The notes below the pieces were generated by a model, which saw nothing but the letters and a program-made list of their open reading frames with translations, ran no database searches and was not told the DNA's origin. Shown here one piece after another: positions 11,801 to 26,800 of a stretch of 64,000 bases of DNA. Position 1 is the first letter of the stretch, and each line of letters starts with the position of its first letter. Source of the stretch: Oopsacas minuta (Eukaryota; Animalia; Porifera); NCBI GenBank assembly GCA_024704765.1, contig JAKMXF010000066.1:927883-991882 (forward strand), written 5' to 3'. Position numbers and translations under genes: made by a program.

Positions 11801-14800
11801 AAACTCTCTATTCAGGAATGCATCTACTATTCTGAATATTTACATTACAAATTATGAACTCAAATTTCCTATATTTCATTATCAAATATCTCTAATGGAT
11901 TCTTATACCGACACACTGCCATTTTTAGAATTCTATCTACACGCTTCTGATCATCCCTTACGGCAAACTGATGCGCTTATGTTTGAAATTACTAGTGGAG
12001 ATATTGATGGAATATTCTCACTTACTAATTCTGGTTCTCTTAGTGTAGTTAATTCTTCGCAGTTACAGCTAACCACTCAACCCACTTCTCTTACAGTCTC
12101 CGTTGCTAATTATTTGGGCCAAACAGCTCAGACTAATGTTACTATTTCAATCAGTTCTATTGCTCTGATAGAACCAGTTATTAATTTCATAATCTTGGAG
12201 AATATAACTGATAATTCTGTTGTTGGGTATATCCCTGTTTATGATAGTATCTCTATCCTTTCTGGAAATGATGATAATATATTTCAAATTATTTCTGGCG
12301 AAATTACTGTTATAAATTCCATAACATTAAATTACGAGCTACAATCTCTCTATACTCTTTCCGTATTCTTACAAAATACAACTCTACAAGTTTATGCAAT
12401 TGTAAATATAGAATTGATTGATGTCAATGAATTCGATTCAGTTTTTGCTTCGGACATGTATTATTTTTCTTTCCAATTCCCCAAAGAATACCAAAATATT
12501 TCATTTCCACTCGCTATTTTTGATAAAGATTCACATGAAGATGATTATTATCTAGACATTGAAGATAATGATAATTTAATTGTTTCTATAAACTCTAATA
12601 GATTTATTATCAACCAAACTGCCACGAATATTACCAAAACTCTAAACATTTCCTTGAAAACAGACAACGCAATAATAGACTTTGCTTACATAATTATTTA
12701 CTTTCAATCTTATGAAACTAACTCAAATCAACCAATTTTTAACAATTCAGTATTTTCATATATTATCAAAGAATCTGATAGCTTCATAGGACAACGTCTT
12801 GACGTCATAACAGCTACAGATGCTGACCAGGGCATATACGGTCAGTTAACCTACGGATTATCAGGTGATCATAATGATAGAGACTTTATTGTCCATCCAT
12901 TTACTGGCCTTATAACTATCAATTTCCCTTTGGATTATGAAACACAGTCTGATTATAACTTAGTATTATACGCCTATGATAGTGTTAGTCCATGTCTATC
13001 TGCTTCTACTCGTATTACTGTTACTGTGTTAGATTCTAATGATCATTCCCCAATATTCCAGCAAGGATTATACTCTAGTGTAATACTTGAGAATTCTACT
13101 GTCAGTACTGAGATATTACAGGTAGTAGCTGATGATGGAGATTCTATATTTGAAGATTTAACTGGTATAACTGGAGATTTCGGGTTAGTAATGTATAATT
13201 TATCCTCAAATAACACGGACTTCTCTATTAATAGTTTAGACGGGATAATATCAATTGCGCTACCATTAGACCGTGAGATGACGTCAGAGTATAATATTAC
13301 TGTAATAGCTACAGACGGAGGAGGTCTGTATGATAAAGCTATCATAATTATAACGTTATTAGATGTTAATGATAATCCTCCTATGTTTGAGAATTCTACC
13401 TTAAGCACTGAGTTATTAGAACATGCAGTGGTTGGTACTGAAATTGGCTTATTTCTTGCTACAGACCCTGATGTAGGGGTTAATGCATTTATTAATTACG
13501 AAATAATAGAAGGAAATGATGGAGGATTATTCTACCTTGATCCTGTAACACAAGCATTGTATTCTAATACATCATTTGATCGTGAGATTGTTGATACATT
13601 AATGATTACGATAGAAGCCAGAGATGCTGGAGAACCTCAGCTAACTAGCCAAGTTAGTATTGAGATTAATATTATTGATATTAATGATAATTCTCCTGAG
13701 TTTTCACACTCTCTTTATAATATTAGCATTATTGAGACTCTGCCTGTTGATAGTATTGTGTTCAATATCACTGCTACTGATCTAGATACTGGGCATAATT
13801 CTATGTTATTTTACTCGATTTTGAGTGGTAATCTGTTCGATATATTTAGCTTAGATCCTCAATCTGGTTCTTTATATCTTGAATCATCACTTGATTATGA
13901 AAGTATTCAGGATTATACACTGATTATACAAGTCACAGATGCTAATGTATTACAGTCCCGTAGTGCTAATACTACTCTATTAATATACGTTATCAATGCT
14001 AATGATAATTTCCCTGTATTTTCCCAGTTAAATTACACAGAATTCATCCCAGAATCAATTCAAGCAGATACATTTATTCTACAAGTTATGGCGTCTGATA
14101 ATGATCAAGGACCAAATGCTAGTTTGTTATATTTTCTAGACTTTACTACAGAACCTTCTACTCAGGGGTTATTCTATATTGAGTATAATACAGGAAGGAT
14201 ATTTGTTGGTAATTATAACTTTGATTTTGAGGCTATTCAAGTGTTTTCTTTTCAAGTTGTCGCTAGCGATTACAGTACTACTCCTCTAACAACTGCTGTA
14301 TTCGTATATATACTGCTTGAAAATGATAATGATAACGTCCCTATATTCCCTCAGAATATTACACAACTATTTATAGAAGAAAATTTAAATTTCCCGAATT
14401 TTATAACAACATTTAACGCAACAGATTTAGATGGAGATTCTTTAGTATACACTCTACACAAATTTACTACAGTATCAGGATGTATACAGCTATGTGGGGA
14501 TGGTTACCAATGTCAAGAATCTATTACTGATCCAAATGATTTATATTATTTCAGTATACTCGAGAATTCAGGTGAATTATATTCAAACACAACATTTGAT
14601 AGAGAATTAAGAGAAAATTATCTATTTATCTTATCAGCAAGTGATCTATTTAACGACCCTTCATATGTCTGTCTATCAATTGATATTATCGATATTAATG
14701 ATAATCCCCCTATACCCGTACAGACAGAATATTACATTGATTTAGGTGAAGAATTGTCTGTTGATGAATTTCTAACTCTACAAGCTACGGATGATGATGG

Positions 14801-17800
14801 AGGACAAAATTCAGATTTATTCTGGATGATCTCATCTATTTCCCCTCCTTATCAAGGATTCTTAATCCACCCTATGATAGGAGCTCTATCCTTGATGTAT
14901 GGACTAGACAGAGAGATTGTATCTTCCTACCAGCTCAATATAACTGTATCTGATAGGGGATTAATTCCTTTACAAGCTATTATCGCGGTTTTTATCAATG
15001 TTACTGATATCAATGATAATGAGCCTTTATTTGCTATTAATAACCAGACTATTGATGTACTAGAGAGCTCTATCCCTGGAGATATCCTTATACTATTAAA
15101 TGCTACAGATAATGATATAGCAGGCAATGCTATGGTAATATACTCACTAACTCCCAGCATATTCTTTGATATCTACCCTGAAACTGGAGAGGTTTATGTA
15201 GCTTCTGAATTGGACTATGAATCTATTACAGTTCATAACCTAATTGTAACAGCAAGGGATAATGGTATACCATCTCTTCACAGTAATATCACTTTAGAAA
15301 TATTAATAATAGACTCTAATGATAATCCACCTGTTTTCTCCTCTGACGTATATAACACTACTCTTATTGAGAATATTATTTATAACGAATCTATAATAAC
15401 TCTAATAGTAACAGATGCTGATACACTGTATGATAATACACATGTTAGTATTCAAATTATACAGATTGAGCCGAATGAACCTAATTTCTATATTTCCGGT
15501 AATGAGTTAATGTTATCTGACAGCTTAGACGCAGAAACAAGTTCAGTGTACAAACTTACAATACAAGTAACTAATGACATTCCTATCAACAATCTCGTTA
15601 CTATGACTACCATATACGTGTATATTTCAGATAAGAATGATAATCTACCTACCTTTACTTCCTCTATCTTCTTTGGATCAATTAACGAAGCCTCTTCTAT
15701 AGGATATTCTATCCTACAAGTTATTGCTATAGATAATGATGTTGATGTTAATAATTCTGAGATTTCATTCTCCTTAGAAATCAATTCTAACTCTTCCTTC
15801 TTCTCGATCAATAGTATATCAGGTGAATTAGAGTTGATAAACAGTGTAGACTTCGAAATAAATGCATTATTCACATTCAATGTAATCGCTACTGATAATG
15901 GATTACCAGCTCTAACCTCTACTTCTATCATCCAAATTACAGTAGTAGACAGTAATGATAATCCTCCTTATTTCACACAAATATTCTCTTTCTATATTCC
16001 AGAGAATACCATAGGATTATTAGGCAATATAACCGGTAGTGATGTAGATAATAATACTATTATTGAGTATGCTATTAGCTCTGCCAGCGTGTATGACGAC
16101 TCTATTGGTATTTACTATGTAATATCCTCTGACATATTCTCTATTGATCCTGTTAGCGGGATGTTAAGCTTGCTACAGGAATTAGATAGAGAATCAGCTG
16201 ATACATATTTAGTTGAGATTACTATTTCAGATTCTATACACTTTACTTCTGTTAATGTTACAGTATATATAACTGATACTAATGATAATACCCCTGTGAC
16301 TGGACAGCCTAGCTATACCCTACAGATATATGAAGGTAATGACGTATTAGATTCTGTATTTATACCAGAGGTAATAGATTTAGATATCGACATTAATGCT
16401 GTGCTTATATTCAAATTCTCATCAAGATATCCTTCTGATGGATTTAGCATAGATATCAATACAGGTGAAGTTCTCGTCGAATTTGTATTGGACAGAGAAA
16501 GCGAGGAGGTTTATACTTTGGAGATAGAGATCACAAATTTGGGTACTCCTGCATTGTTTTCTTACACTGTATTAGATATACAAGTATTAGATGTTAATGA
16601 CAACATTCCTGTGATATCACAACCTAGTTACCAATTCAATATTCTAGAAAATTCTCCTTTTGGCTTGCATATTGAAAATTTTAACGCTACTGATGATGAT
16701 ATTGAGCTCAATGGGGAATTGGAATTCTTCCTAAATGACTTGTCTTTGCCATTTCATGTATTCACGAATGGTAGTCTGTATCTTGATAGTGATATTGATT
16801 ATGAAACTTTACGATTTTATAACTTCTCGTTATTTGTCAGAGATCTAGGCTCACCACCTCTGACAACCTCCTCACAATTATCAATACATATAATAGATAC
16901 AAATGATAATAATCCTATGTTTGAGAATACTCCGTTAACCGTGTCCATTAGCGAATATACCCCTACGCTATCTACTGTATTCACGTTAACTGCTAGTGAT
17001 ATTGATGCCACAACCAATGCAGAATATTATTTCGCGATTAATCAAGGAAATACAGAATTTAAATTCTCTATTGACGAGCTTACAGGAGAAATATTCACGA
17101 TAGATACAATTGATTATGAGTTGACTGAGTCATATGAATTATCTGTGCTGGTTATTGATAGAGGGACACCAACTTTATTCTCAACAGAGCAATTGGAGAT
17201 ACAATTAATTGACGAGAATGATAATATCCCAATGTTTTCTGAATTTGAATATCAATTTTCTATTCCAGAGGATTTTCCTATTCATACATCCATCTATAGA
17301 GTATATGCTAGTGACTTAGATAGCGGATTGAATAGTTTGATTGAATTTTCAATAGATTTGGAGGATATTTTCAGTATTAATTCAACTTCTGGTGAAATAC
17401 AATTACTTCAAGAGTTAAATTTTGAAGAAAAACGCATTTATTCTCTACAAATTACTGCCAAAGATAATGGAAATCCTCAGCAATCATCTTCAGCTTATCT
17501 ACATTTACAGCTATTGGATGTTAATGAATATCCTCCATATTTCCCTTTGACAGAAGTTGTAATTTTCATTTCTAACTCTATCTTAATTGGATCACAAATA
17601 TTCCAAACAACTGCGTACGATTTAGATTATTATGGAACTCCTATTTCATATGAATTACTATCAAACCCCCTCAATCAGTATATTAATATTAACTCACAAG
17701 ATGGTGATATATACCTAGAGAATTTATTTTCTGGTTTGACCGGTAATTATTCTCTAATAATTCAAGCCTCTGACGGTGATTACTACTCACAAATGTCTTT

Positions 17801-20800
17801 GAAAATTGTCCTACATGATGCTAATGCATTTTCTCTATCATTCAGTCAACCTTCCTTCTATTTTTTAATACCAGATAACTCTAATGTAGGGAGTATAGTA
17901 GCTGACGTCACTGGTTATAATATTGATATATTTGATATTTCTACTAACACTGAATCCAGTCAATTATTCTCAATAACAGCTGATGGGGATATTATATTGC
18001 TGGATTTTCTAGATCCACAGACTGTCTATTCCTCTAATTTATTCGCTATGAACTCACAAGACACGATACAGACTGTAATTACTATTGAAGTATTTGCAAC
18101 ACAGAATAATCCCCCGATATTCTCATCATTGAATTACTATGTACATCTGTCAGAAGCTTTACCAATAGCTACAACCTTCCTAACAATATATGCTATAGAT
18201 AATGACGTCACTGATCAAGGTGTAAGCATTTCTTATACGATTTCCGATGGAGATGAGTTTGCTTTGTTTTCTATTGACAGTCAAACTGGTAGACTTTCAA
18301 TAGCCGAGAAAATTGACAGAGAAATAACTCCACTATTTAATCTTACTATACAAGCTGCTGGTAATGGAATAGGTATGACGTATGTAGTAATTATTATTGA
18401 TGACGTTAATGATAATGCTCCAGTATTCTCAGAAGACGTTTACCGTGCTACTGTCGTATCCGATATACCTGCAGGTACTTTGATACTACAAGCTATAGCG
18501 AATGATAATGATGCGGGAAGGAACAGTGACATATCTTATGCAATTGTATCACAGCCCATCCCCAGCTTGTTTGCTATAGATCCTTACAGCGGTGATATCA
18601 GACTGAATAGTAGTCTTATTGTGTACGATTACAAGAGCTATGCTTTCTACATTTCAGCAACAGATAACGGTCTGCCTTTACGACTAACTACAGAAATACA
18701 GGTGTATTTTACTATTGATCATCCCAACCTATATGATCCTGTGTTCACTACTCTATCTACTAATAGTACTATCCCTGAGACAACTCAAGATGGAACTCTT
18801 ATAGCAATATTCTATGCATTTGATCTTGATACTAACACCAGTGATGGAGTATATTACTCTTTATCTAATTATGAAAACCTTCCATTCTCACTGAGTAATA
18901 AGGGAGAGTTATACTTGACAAGTACGCTAGATTATCTGCAAGCTATAGTGTACAGGTTTGTAATTACAGCAACAGATAGTGGTACTCCTACAAGAAATTC
19001 GACGTTAGATTTTGCAGTATTCGTTGAGGATATCAACAACCATCTTCCTATCTTCTCACAGGATTCATACGAAATGATTCTCTCTGAGAACTATCAAATA
19101 CAAACTCCCTTTATAACAATCTCTGCTACAGATTTGGATGCAACCTCTATAACATATATAATCTCCCTAAATAGCTATATAGAGAATGGCGAGGCTATCT
19201 TCTCTATTAGCTCTGATACAGGAGTTATGTCGTTAGCTATTCCATTAGATTACGAAACCCTGGTGACACATGAATTGCTGATCACTGCAAGAGATCAGGG
19301 CTACTCTATTACTCAATTCAACAGCGTAACGCTTACAGTTATGGTACAAAATGTGAATGATAATCCTCCTATATTTTCCCCCACCACAAGCATTACAGCA
19401 ATCGTACCTAGACTATCTATGGCTGGTATATTTGTTAGCACAGTATCTGCTACTGATTTGGATAGCGTATCTATTCTATACTCTATTCTGTCTGGGAATG
19501 GAGATGGTTTGTTTGCTGTTGACGGGGAAACTGGCGATGTTACACTAGCTAGAGATGTTGGGGCATTTGCTGATAGTTTGTACAATGTGCAGTTGTTAGC
19601 TTTTGATGGAGAGTTGAGTTCTACTGGCTTATTACAGATTGAGATTAGTGATAATGCAAGTTATTGCTATGGTAAGTTTGCAGTACATTTACTACTCAGA
19701 TGAACATTGGGTAAATTCAATTTTATGATTATCTGACAAGGTGGCCGAGTGGTTAAGGCGATGGACTGCTAATCCATTGGGCTCTGCCCGCATGGGTTCG
19801 AATCCCATCTTTGTCGTAAACCTTTTGCTCGGCTTCAGAATAACCCCAAATATATTGTAATTATGAAACTAAGGATGCTACTTTTTCTACTTTTCTTATT
19901 TTCTAATTTAGATGGCTTATGTACTGATGTGTTACCTAGCGTGATCTGTACTACAGCTGATTGTACTACTTGTCCTCTTGACTTTGTAAGTTCTGGTATT
20001 TTTCATGTACTTCAATGTTTCTTTTATCTTTTGTTTCCCTCTTAGATCTTATCAACTACATCTACTTTTTGCTTCCTTTATACCTGCTTCTCTTCAGATG
20101 AGGTACAATAGACTATCATAGCTCTAACATTATACTGTAATTGTTTGTTTATATATTTCATTTAGTATCTTTGTGGAGAACAACAACCAGGCTGTATATC
20201 CTACTCATTACAATGCAATGGAGTTTGTAGTTTAAACTACTCGTTATGTGCTGCAGACAATCTCTGTTATCCAAACACTATTTCATCATTACCATGTGAT
20301 AATCAGAACACCATATGTCTTAATGGTTATATTCTAGTTCAGCTTTCTGATCAATCTCGTGTATGTACTCACCCTTCAGATCTACCAGCTATGGGTCAGA
20401 TCTGCAATACCCTCGGGAAAGTATATTGTGATGAGATTGATTCTTGTCAGAATATTCAAAATAACCCGTCTCTATGTCAACTGTGTTCTTCCCAAGAATT
20501 TCAGTGTCCAGACACAAATGAGTGTGTATCTTCTTCCAAAATGTGTTGTAGTACTAGTGACTATTTCTGTAACATAACAGATTCATGTCTATCAGCTGAT
20601 CTCTCATGTCCTCCTGTATCCTCTAATATAGCACCAACAATTCCTTCTAAAGCTATTCTACTTCCCTCCAGCTCCCTAGGATCCGTCATAGGATTACTAT
20701 TAGGCGATGGAACAGCTGTAGGAGTAGACACTCAGATGGAAGAGGTTGCGATTGCTATTATCTGTCAGTTCCCTGTAGATAATCTATCAGGTTATTGGCA

Positions 20801-23800
20801 GTATATAAAGTGTAGAGATGGTCCTACAGATGTGTATGGCGCCTGTAGTGTACTAGAGTATCCGTGGATAGATTTACCAGTCACAACCTCAATAGATAAT
20901 GCGTTTATCCTCCCTCCCAATTATCGTATTAGATTTGTCCGTATGCAGACAGTACTTGAGGGTAGTGTATGGTTACGAGCTCATCTCTGGGACGGATTTA
21001 ATGAAGCTGTAGAGACTGATTCATTGTCTGTAGTACGTGAGGCGGATCCTCATTTTGCATTTCTTCCTCCATTCGAATCTAATTCTGCTTTCAGTCAGGA
21101 ATATTTATATTTTGTTTCTATTTTCAATCCGGTTACTTCTTTCCCAGCTTTTATATCCCCCAATATAGTATCATTCCCAGATATAGAAGAAGATTATTCT
21201 AGTTTACAGAATAATGGTGTGTTGTTGAGTGAGCTGTTGGGTGGAGTGTACTCTCCCAATCTGTATGTGATTAGCACTACAGTTGTATTGGGTAAGTACA
21301 CAAATACTTTGCAATCAATTCTTCATTATATAACTTTACTTCTGTTTAGGTCTCCCGCCATCAGAAGCTACAGATATACAGAATAGTTTACCATCATCTT
21401 CACTGACATCTTATTTCAGCTCTGTAGTATCCACTAACATAATCAGAAGTAGGAGATTATCTGTTACTGCTGGATTCTTGTTAGCTAGTGTTAATGATGA
21501 CCAAGGGGTGTGGCAGGTAATTTATAGCTACTGTAGGTTGTTCTTATACCAGAAGATAAATAATAATTGTATCCTCTAATTAGGTGACAGCTACTGGTAG
21601 ACAATCAGACTGGTACCCGATCACTTCAATACTCGACAATACAAACCAATTATTATATATACCACTAGAATCAAGAGTTAGATTCATACCGAATGAACAC
21701 ACACACAGTACTGCTACAATATCGATACATCCATGGGATGGTACTAGCCAGGGCTTATCAATGCAAACTGTAACAATTCGTGACGTAACCTATCAAGTAG
21801 CTAATGTGTTACCTACAGCATTCGCATTAGGAGATGCTAATAGCATGTCACTACATATAATCAGTGCCCCAGATAATCCAGTAGTTATTATTAATGAGTT
21901 ATTACTACCTACTATACCATATTTTATACAATATCGGAGAGATAATGTGTTTGTTATTGAGTTAGAGATGAGTGTTGATATGTTTAAGCAACAGCAGGAT
22001 TTGTTAAGTAATTATTTTGCTGTTTTATTCCACTCAACTGTAAGCATTTTATACTTTGAGCCTCTGGCTAGTATCAGGTAAGTTTGCACAATAATAGCAT
22101 TTACAAGTACTTTATTATTGCAATATTTTAGGTGTTTAGCTAGCTTCCGAGTAGAAGAACTACAGCTATCACTCTCTGATATATCTACTGAGCTAGAGCT
22201 AAGTAAAGATGTGTTAGTTAGCTTAGGATTTAATATAACACAAGTTACACAAGGTAAGTTAATTAAATATAACAAATAATGAGGTAATTGTTTATACTTG
22301 TATCATATAATCAATTAGATACATTTGTGGGACAGGGACATGGCTGCTTTGATTCCTCTCTGTATGCTCCTAACACCGGAGAATCTGCTGGAGTAATAGC
22401 TAATACTAACGGATATGATGGAGATGATGATATTATGGGATTAGCAGTAGTTCAGTATACCGGTGATATGCATGGAATATGGCAATACTATAGGTCAGAT
22501 GTACCTCCAAGTGTATGTAACTCTCTGGTAGTTAACTGGATAACATTACCTGATTCTATTTCTGAGACGAATGCTTTCCTGCTACGTCCATCAGATTGTG
22601 TTAGATTCTCTCCTCACCCTCAATCATACTGGCTAATCAGTACAGCTCCAACTCTAACAGTGAAGTTATGGGATATTTCTGTAGGGAGTATTACACAGGA
22701 GAATGATATGTATCATGCTAATACAGATCCTTATACTACAACTGTACACTCTACCATTAATCCTATAGGTTTGTTAGTTATATAAACTTACGTAGATACA
22801 CGTCATCTTAACTTTTTATATTCACAGGGCTATTCAGTACAGATACTATACGAGTAATAGCACACAGACAAGACTGTACTGGATCAGCTGATTCTAATAA
22901 TGTGTATGATGCATGCTGTATCTGTGGAGGGTCTGGTACTACCTGTATGGGATGTAAGACTAATGTATCTATAGCAGTACAGTATGATACATGTCGTGTG
23001 TGTGGAGGAGATGATTCTACTTGTGCAGGATGTGATTTAGTACCATTCTCTTATTCACAAGTTGATGAGGGAAACATTTGTAGGTAAGAACGTTTTATAT
23101 CAGATCTATCCTATGAGATTTATATTATTAATATTTTAGGTCTGATTCATCCAACCTCGCTCCTGGTCAAGTAACAACATACTTTGACTGTGAAGATACT
23201 CCCTTTGGGCTAGCACTTGTAGATGATTGTAATGCTTGTACAGAGGGAGATTCAGTTAAGGAATACAATTATCTAAAGTGAGTTATTCCCATTCATATTA
23301 CCTTTAAATGAATATTTAATTAACACTATTATACTCATTAATAATACAAACTCTATATAGCAACACTCTCAGTAAATGGAATAATAATAACAGTATTATT
23401 TAACCTTTCTTTTATGACTGTGAATATGGGTCTGTCATCAGCTGATTGTTTCCAAGTTTCAGCCATCAAACTATACACATCATCCGGACAACCATCTGGT
23501 TGTAATGGTATTTCACCTCCTTGTATGAAATCTACAATCTCTTCGTTAGTATTTTCCTGCCATGGCTTGCGACCTAACGTCCATATTTCATACAGCGTCA
23601 TTCCAAATGCCCAAACATCCGATTTCTCTGAAAACCTATTATATAAAACAGACTCAGGCGCGCTCCAACGTAAAGGTATCCTCCCGCCTTTAGATCTGTA
23701 GTAATCATCTGATCTTAGGTCTCTTGACATACCGAAATCAGCCACTCGACAAGACATATCATTAGCTATTAGGATATTCCTTGCTGCCAAATCACGATGG

Positions 23801-26800
23801 ATGAATTTCTTCATTGCTAAGTGCTCCATACCATCAGCAATATCTCTACAGAATCTGAGTAGCAGCTTTTGAAGTTTGCTAGCGTTTTGGTAGTTATATT
23901 CCTGTGAATGACATAACTGCATTAAATACTGCCTTAACTCAATGTTAAGTAGCTCTGTAACAATCATATGAGGCTGTACTGTAGTGACGACACCAATAAA
24001 TTTGAGGATGTTTGGATGATCGAATTGTGAGAGAATCGCCGCTTCCCGAATAAACGCAACTTTAACATCGTTATTAACTTCTTCCCGTAACGTTTTTATA
24101 GCAACTTTTAAATCCCCGTACTTACTAGTGTAAACTGCATGACATATTACTCCGAAATTTCCTGTAGCAAACACGTCGCCTATCTTAAGATTATCCAATG
24201 ATATTTCATATGATCTAGGTCCTATACTGTTAGATAGCTCAGCTAGATTATAGGGTGGGTCTATGTATTCTAACTGCTCTCTCTTCCTATCTCTGAGTAG
24301 TTTGTTTATAATGTCATTCTCTTCTGATATTGTTTCGAGGTTACTTGATTGAGTAACTAGCTTATGGTAGAAGCTAACATTACTACCATGGCTTGCTGTA
24401 AGATCCTCCTGTTGTGTTAGAGGGATAATGTTGTTGTTTTGAAATACTGTGCAATTTCCCTGCTGTGATGTATTATTCCCTGAATATATACAGTTGTTAC
24501 TGCTAAGCTCAAAATAGTTATTCTCTCCTTGTCTATTCAATGAATGATGTCCTATTTCCGGACCAGGGACTACCTCATATATCCTCTCACTATGTTCCAT
24601 CCCCTGATCTACTACGTTAGAAAAATACGTGGAATCTGCTACTGCAGATCTGTCGAATGTTTGGTTAGGGCTGTTCATTAAATTATTTGATTCCGTCTGT
24701 AAGGTTTGAATCCGTCTGTTAGTTCTCTTATATCTCCTCATTTTCACGTATGTACGGGTTAAGCAACAAATTAAGATTACTATTATCACTATGGATAGCA
24801 GTAGGAAAATTATGAAAATTATCGAAAGGATTATCCGTACTGCTTTTCGTCTCTCACTTCCTGTACAGTCATCTTCTATACAATCTTGTGTAGGAAATTG
24901 AGTGCTATTAGTTTGTGTAGAGTTCATAAAGACTGTTGTGTTGCTTGTTAGATTAGTGGTAGTATTTGTATAGGATTGTGGAGTGTAAGTACTAGCATTT
25001 ATTGATATAGGTAGAGTTGTGCTTACGTTCTCTGTAGTTATATTAGTTGGTGAAATTTGTGTTGTATTATTTTCCGGACCAAGTGTTGTTGTTATTGTTG
25101 CATTTGTTGCCATCATAGTTGTTGTGCTCCTAGTTTCACAGCTATTCCCTGAATACCCATCCGTACACACGCATCTCTCTTCAAAACAGAATCCTCCGTT
25201 AATACAGTCATCTTGACATAAACAGGTTTTGAATTCATTCACTCTTTCACACATCCCTAATGCTTCACACTGAGCCATGCTTGCGCATTGTTGACACTGT
25301 ACCTTACTAACCAGCTGACATGCTGATAGTTCCTTTGTGTGATTACATTGTGTTAGAGAAGTTTCATTACCAATACAATCTAAAGCTGATAATTTCAATA
25401 ATCCATCACATAGCAGTGGAGTTATTGTTATATCTCTCTCTTTAGCTTCCAAATATCCAAATCTTTTGCAGTATACTTCATTATTTTGATATATCCCATC
25501 ATTCCATCCAGCTGCACAGATATATGTCCATCCTAGATATATTCCATTATTATAACATACTTGTATTACGTCATGAGGTAGTCCTATATCAATGGTTCGT
25601 TCATCACCTTCCCTACTGCAGATTTCAGCATTATTTAACACACAAATAGTGACTAGAATTGTCAATAAGGTAATCAATCTTTTAAGCGACATTCCTTCAG
25701 TTTAGAATGAATAATCTTTTCTAATCTTTTTATACTTGTTATTTTTGGATGCTTATTTTCTGAGAATTAGACGCCTTCATTTTTAGTTAATTAATGGTCC
25801 AATTATCGGTCAATATATTTTTCATGATACATAGATATATCAACATACATCCTTGTGATTGCATTTTCCTCAGAAATACCAAATTACTATTATGTGATAG
25901 AATATATTCTTCCAATGAGGATTACTTTTTGGTTAATTTTTATCATTAATTTGGTTGCTTAACTTATTCCAATTACAAAGATCTTCTATGCTTACGTAGA
26001 TTTCTATTTAGTATTTCTAAGCACTTTCCGTGATACTTCCAATCTGTACAGATTATCCTATTTCATAGAATAATACATTATAAGTCTGTGTGTGTGTTAT
26101 ACATCATCCAATTACTGATTATTTCTATGTATTTTCTCGAATTCTGTCCCACAGGGATTGCGATGGAGTATGTGACGGTACAGCTTCTATTACTTCCTGT
26201 GGGTTATGTACTGGTGGTACAACAGGATTACCAGTAGATTACCCACTAGATTGTAGAGGTATTTGCTTTGGTAACTATACTACAGATTCTTGTGGAGTTT
26301 GTCAGCTAATTTCTAATCCGATTGATTACAGAGATTGTTCAGGAGAATGTTTTGGCAATGCAAAGGTATGGAGCCTTGCGTATTATTTAATCACATGTAA
26401 TTCATTTTTTTCTATTAGATCGATCAATGCGGTACTTGTTACGGAGGCTCATCAGCTGTTCCATCAGCGGATTCACTATTAGACCAGTGTGACATGTGTG
26501 GAGGAGACGGCACTAGTTGTATTGGATGTGATAATACTATTGGTTCTGAGGTTGATAATTGTGGAGAATGCGAGGGAGATAATTGCGATTGTATAAAGGT
26601 AAGAATAATATCTTACGTATAGTGATCTTTTTATAATAATCTACTATAGGTAACTCAAGTCTATCCTACAAGCATACTATCAGGAGAGCAGACCTATGTG
26701 ATAGTGGATGGAGCTGGTTTATTCTTCAAACCTGATCCTCTATCTCCATCAACATATGATAACGGATCATATCTTCCTTTATGTGGCGGAATCAGACAAT

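Noticed and set aside
11102-19585. Antisense and overlapping ORFs within the big cadherin exon
   Set aside because: Shadow ORFs from codon bias of the cadherin frame; no recognisable domains.
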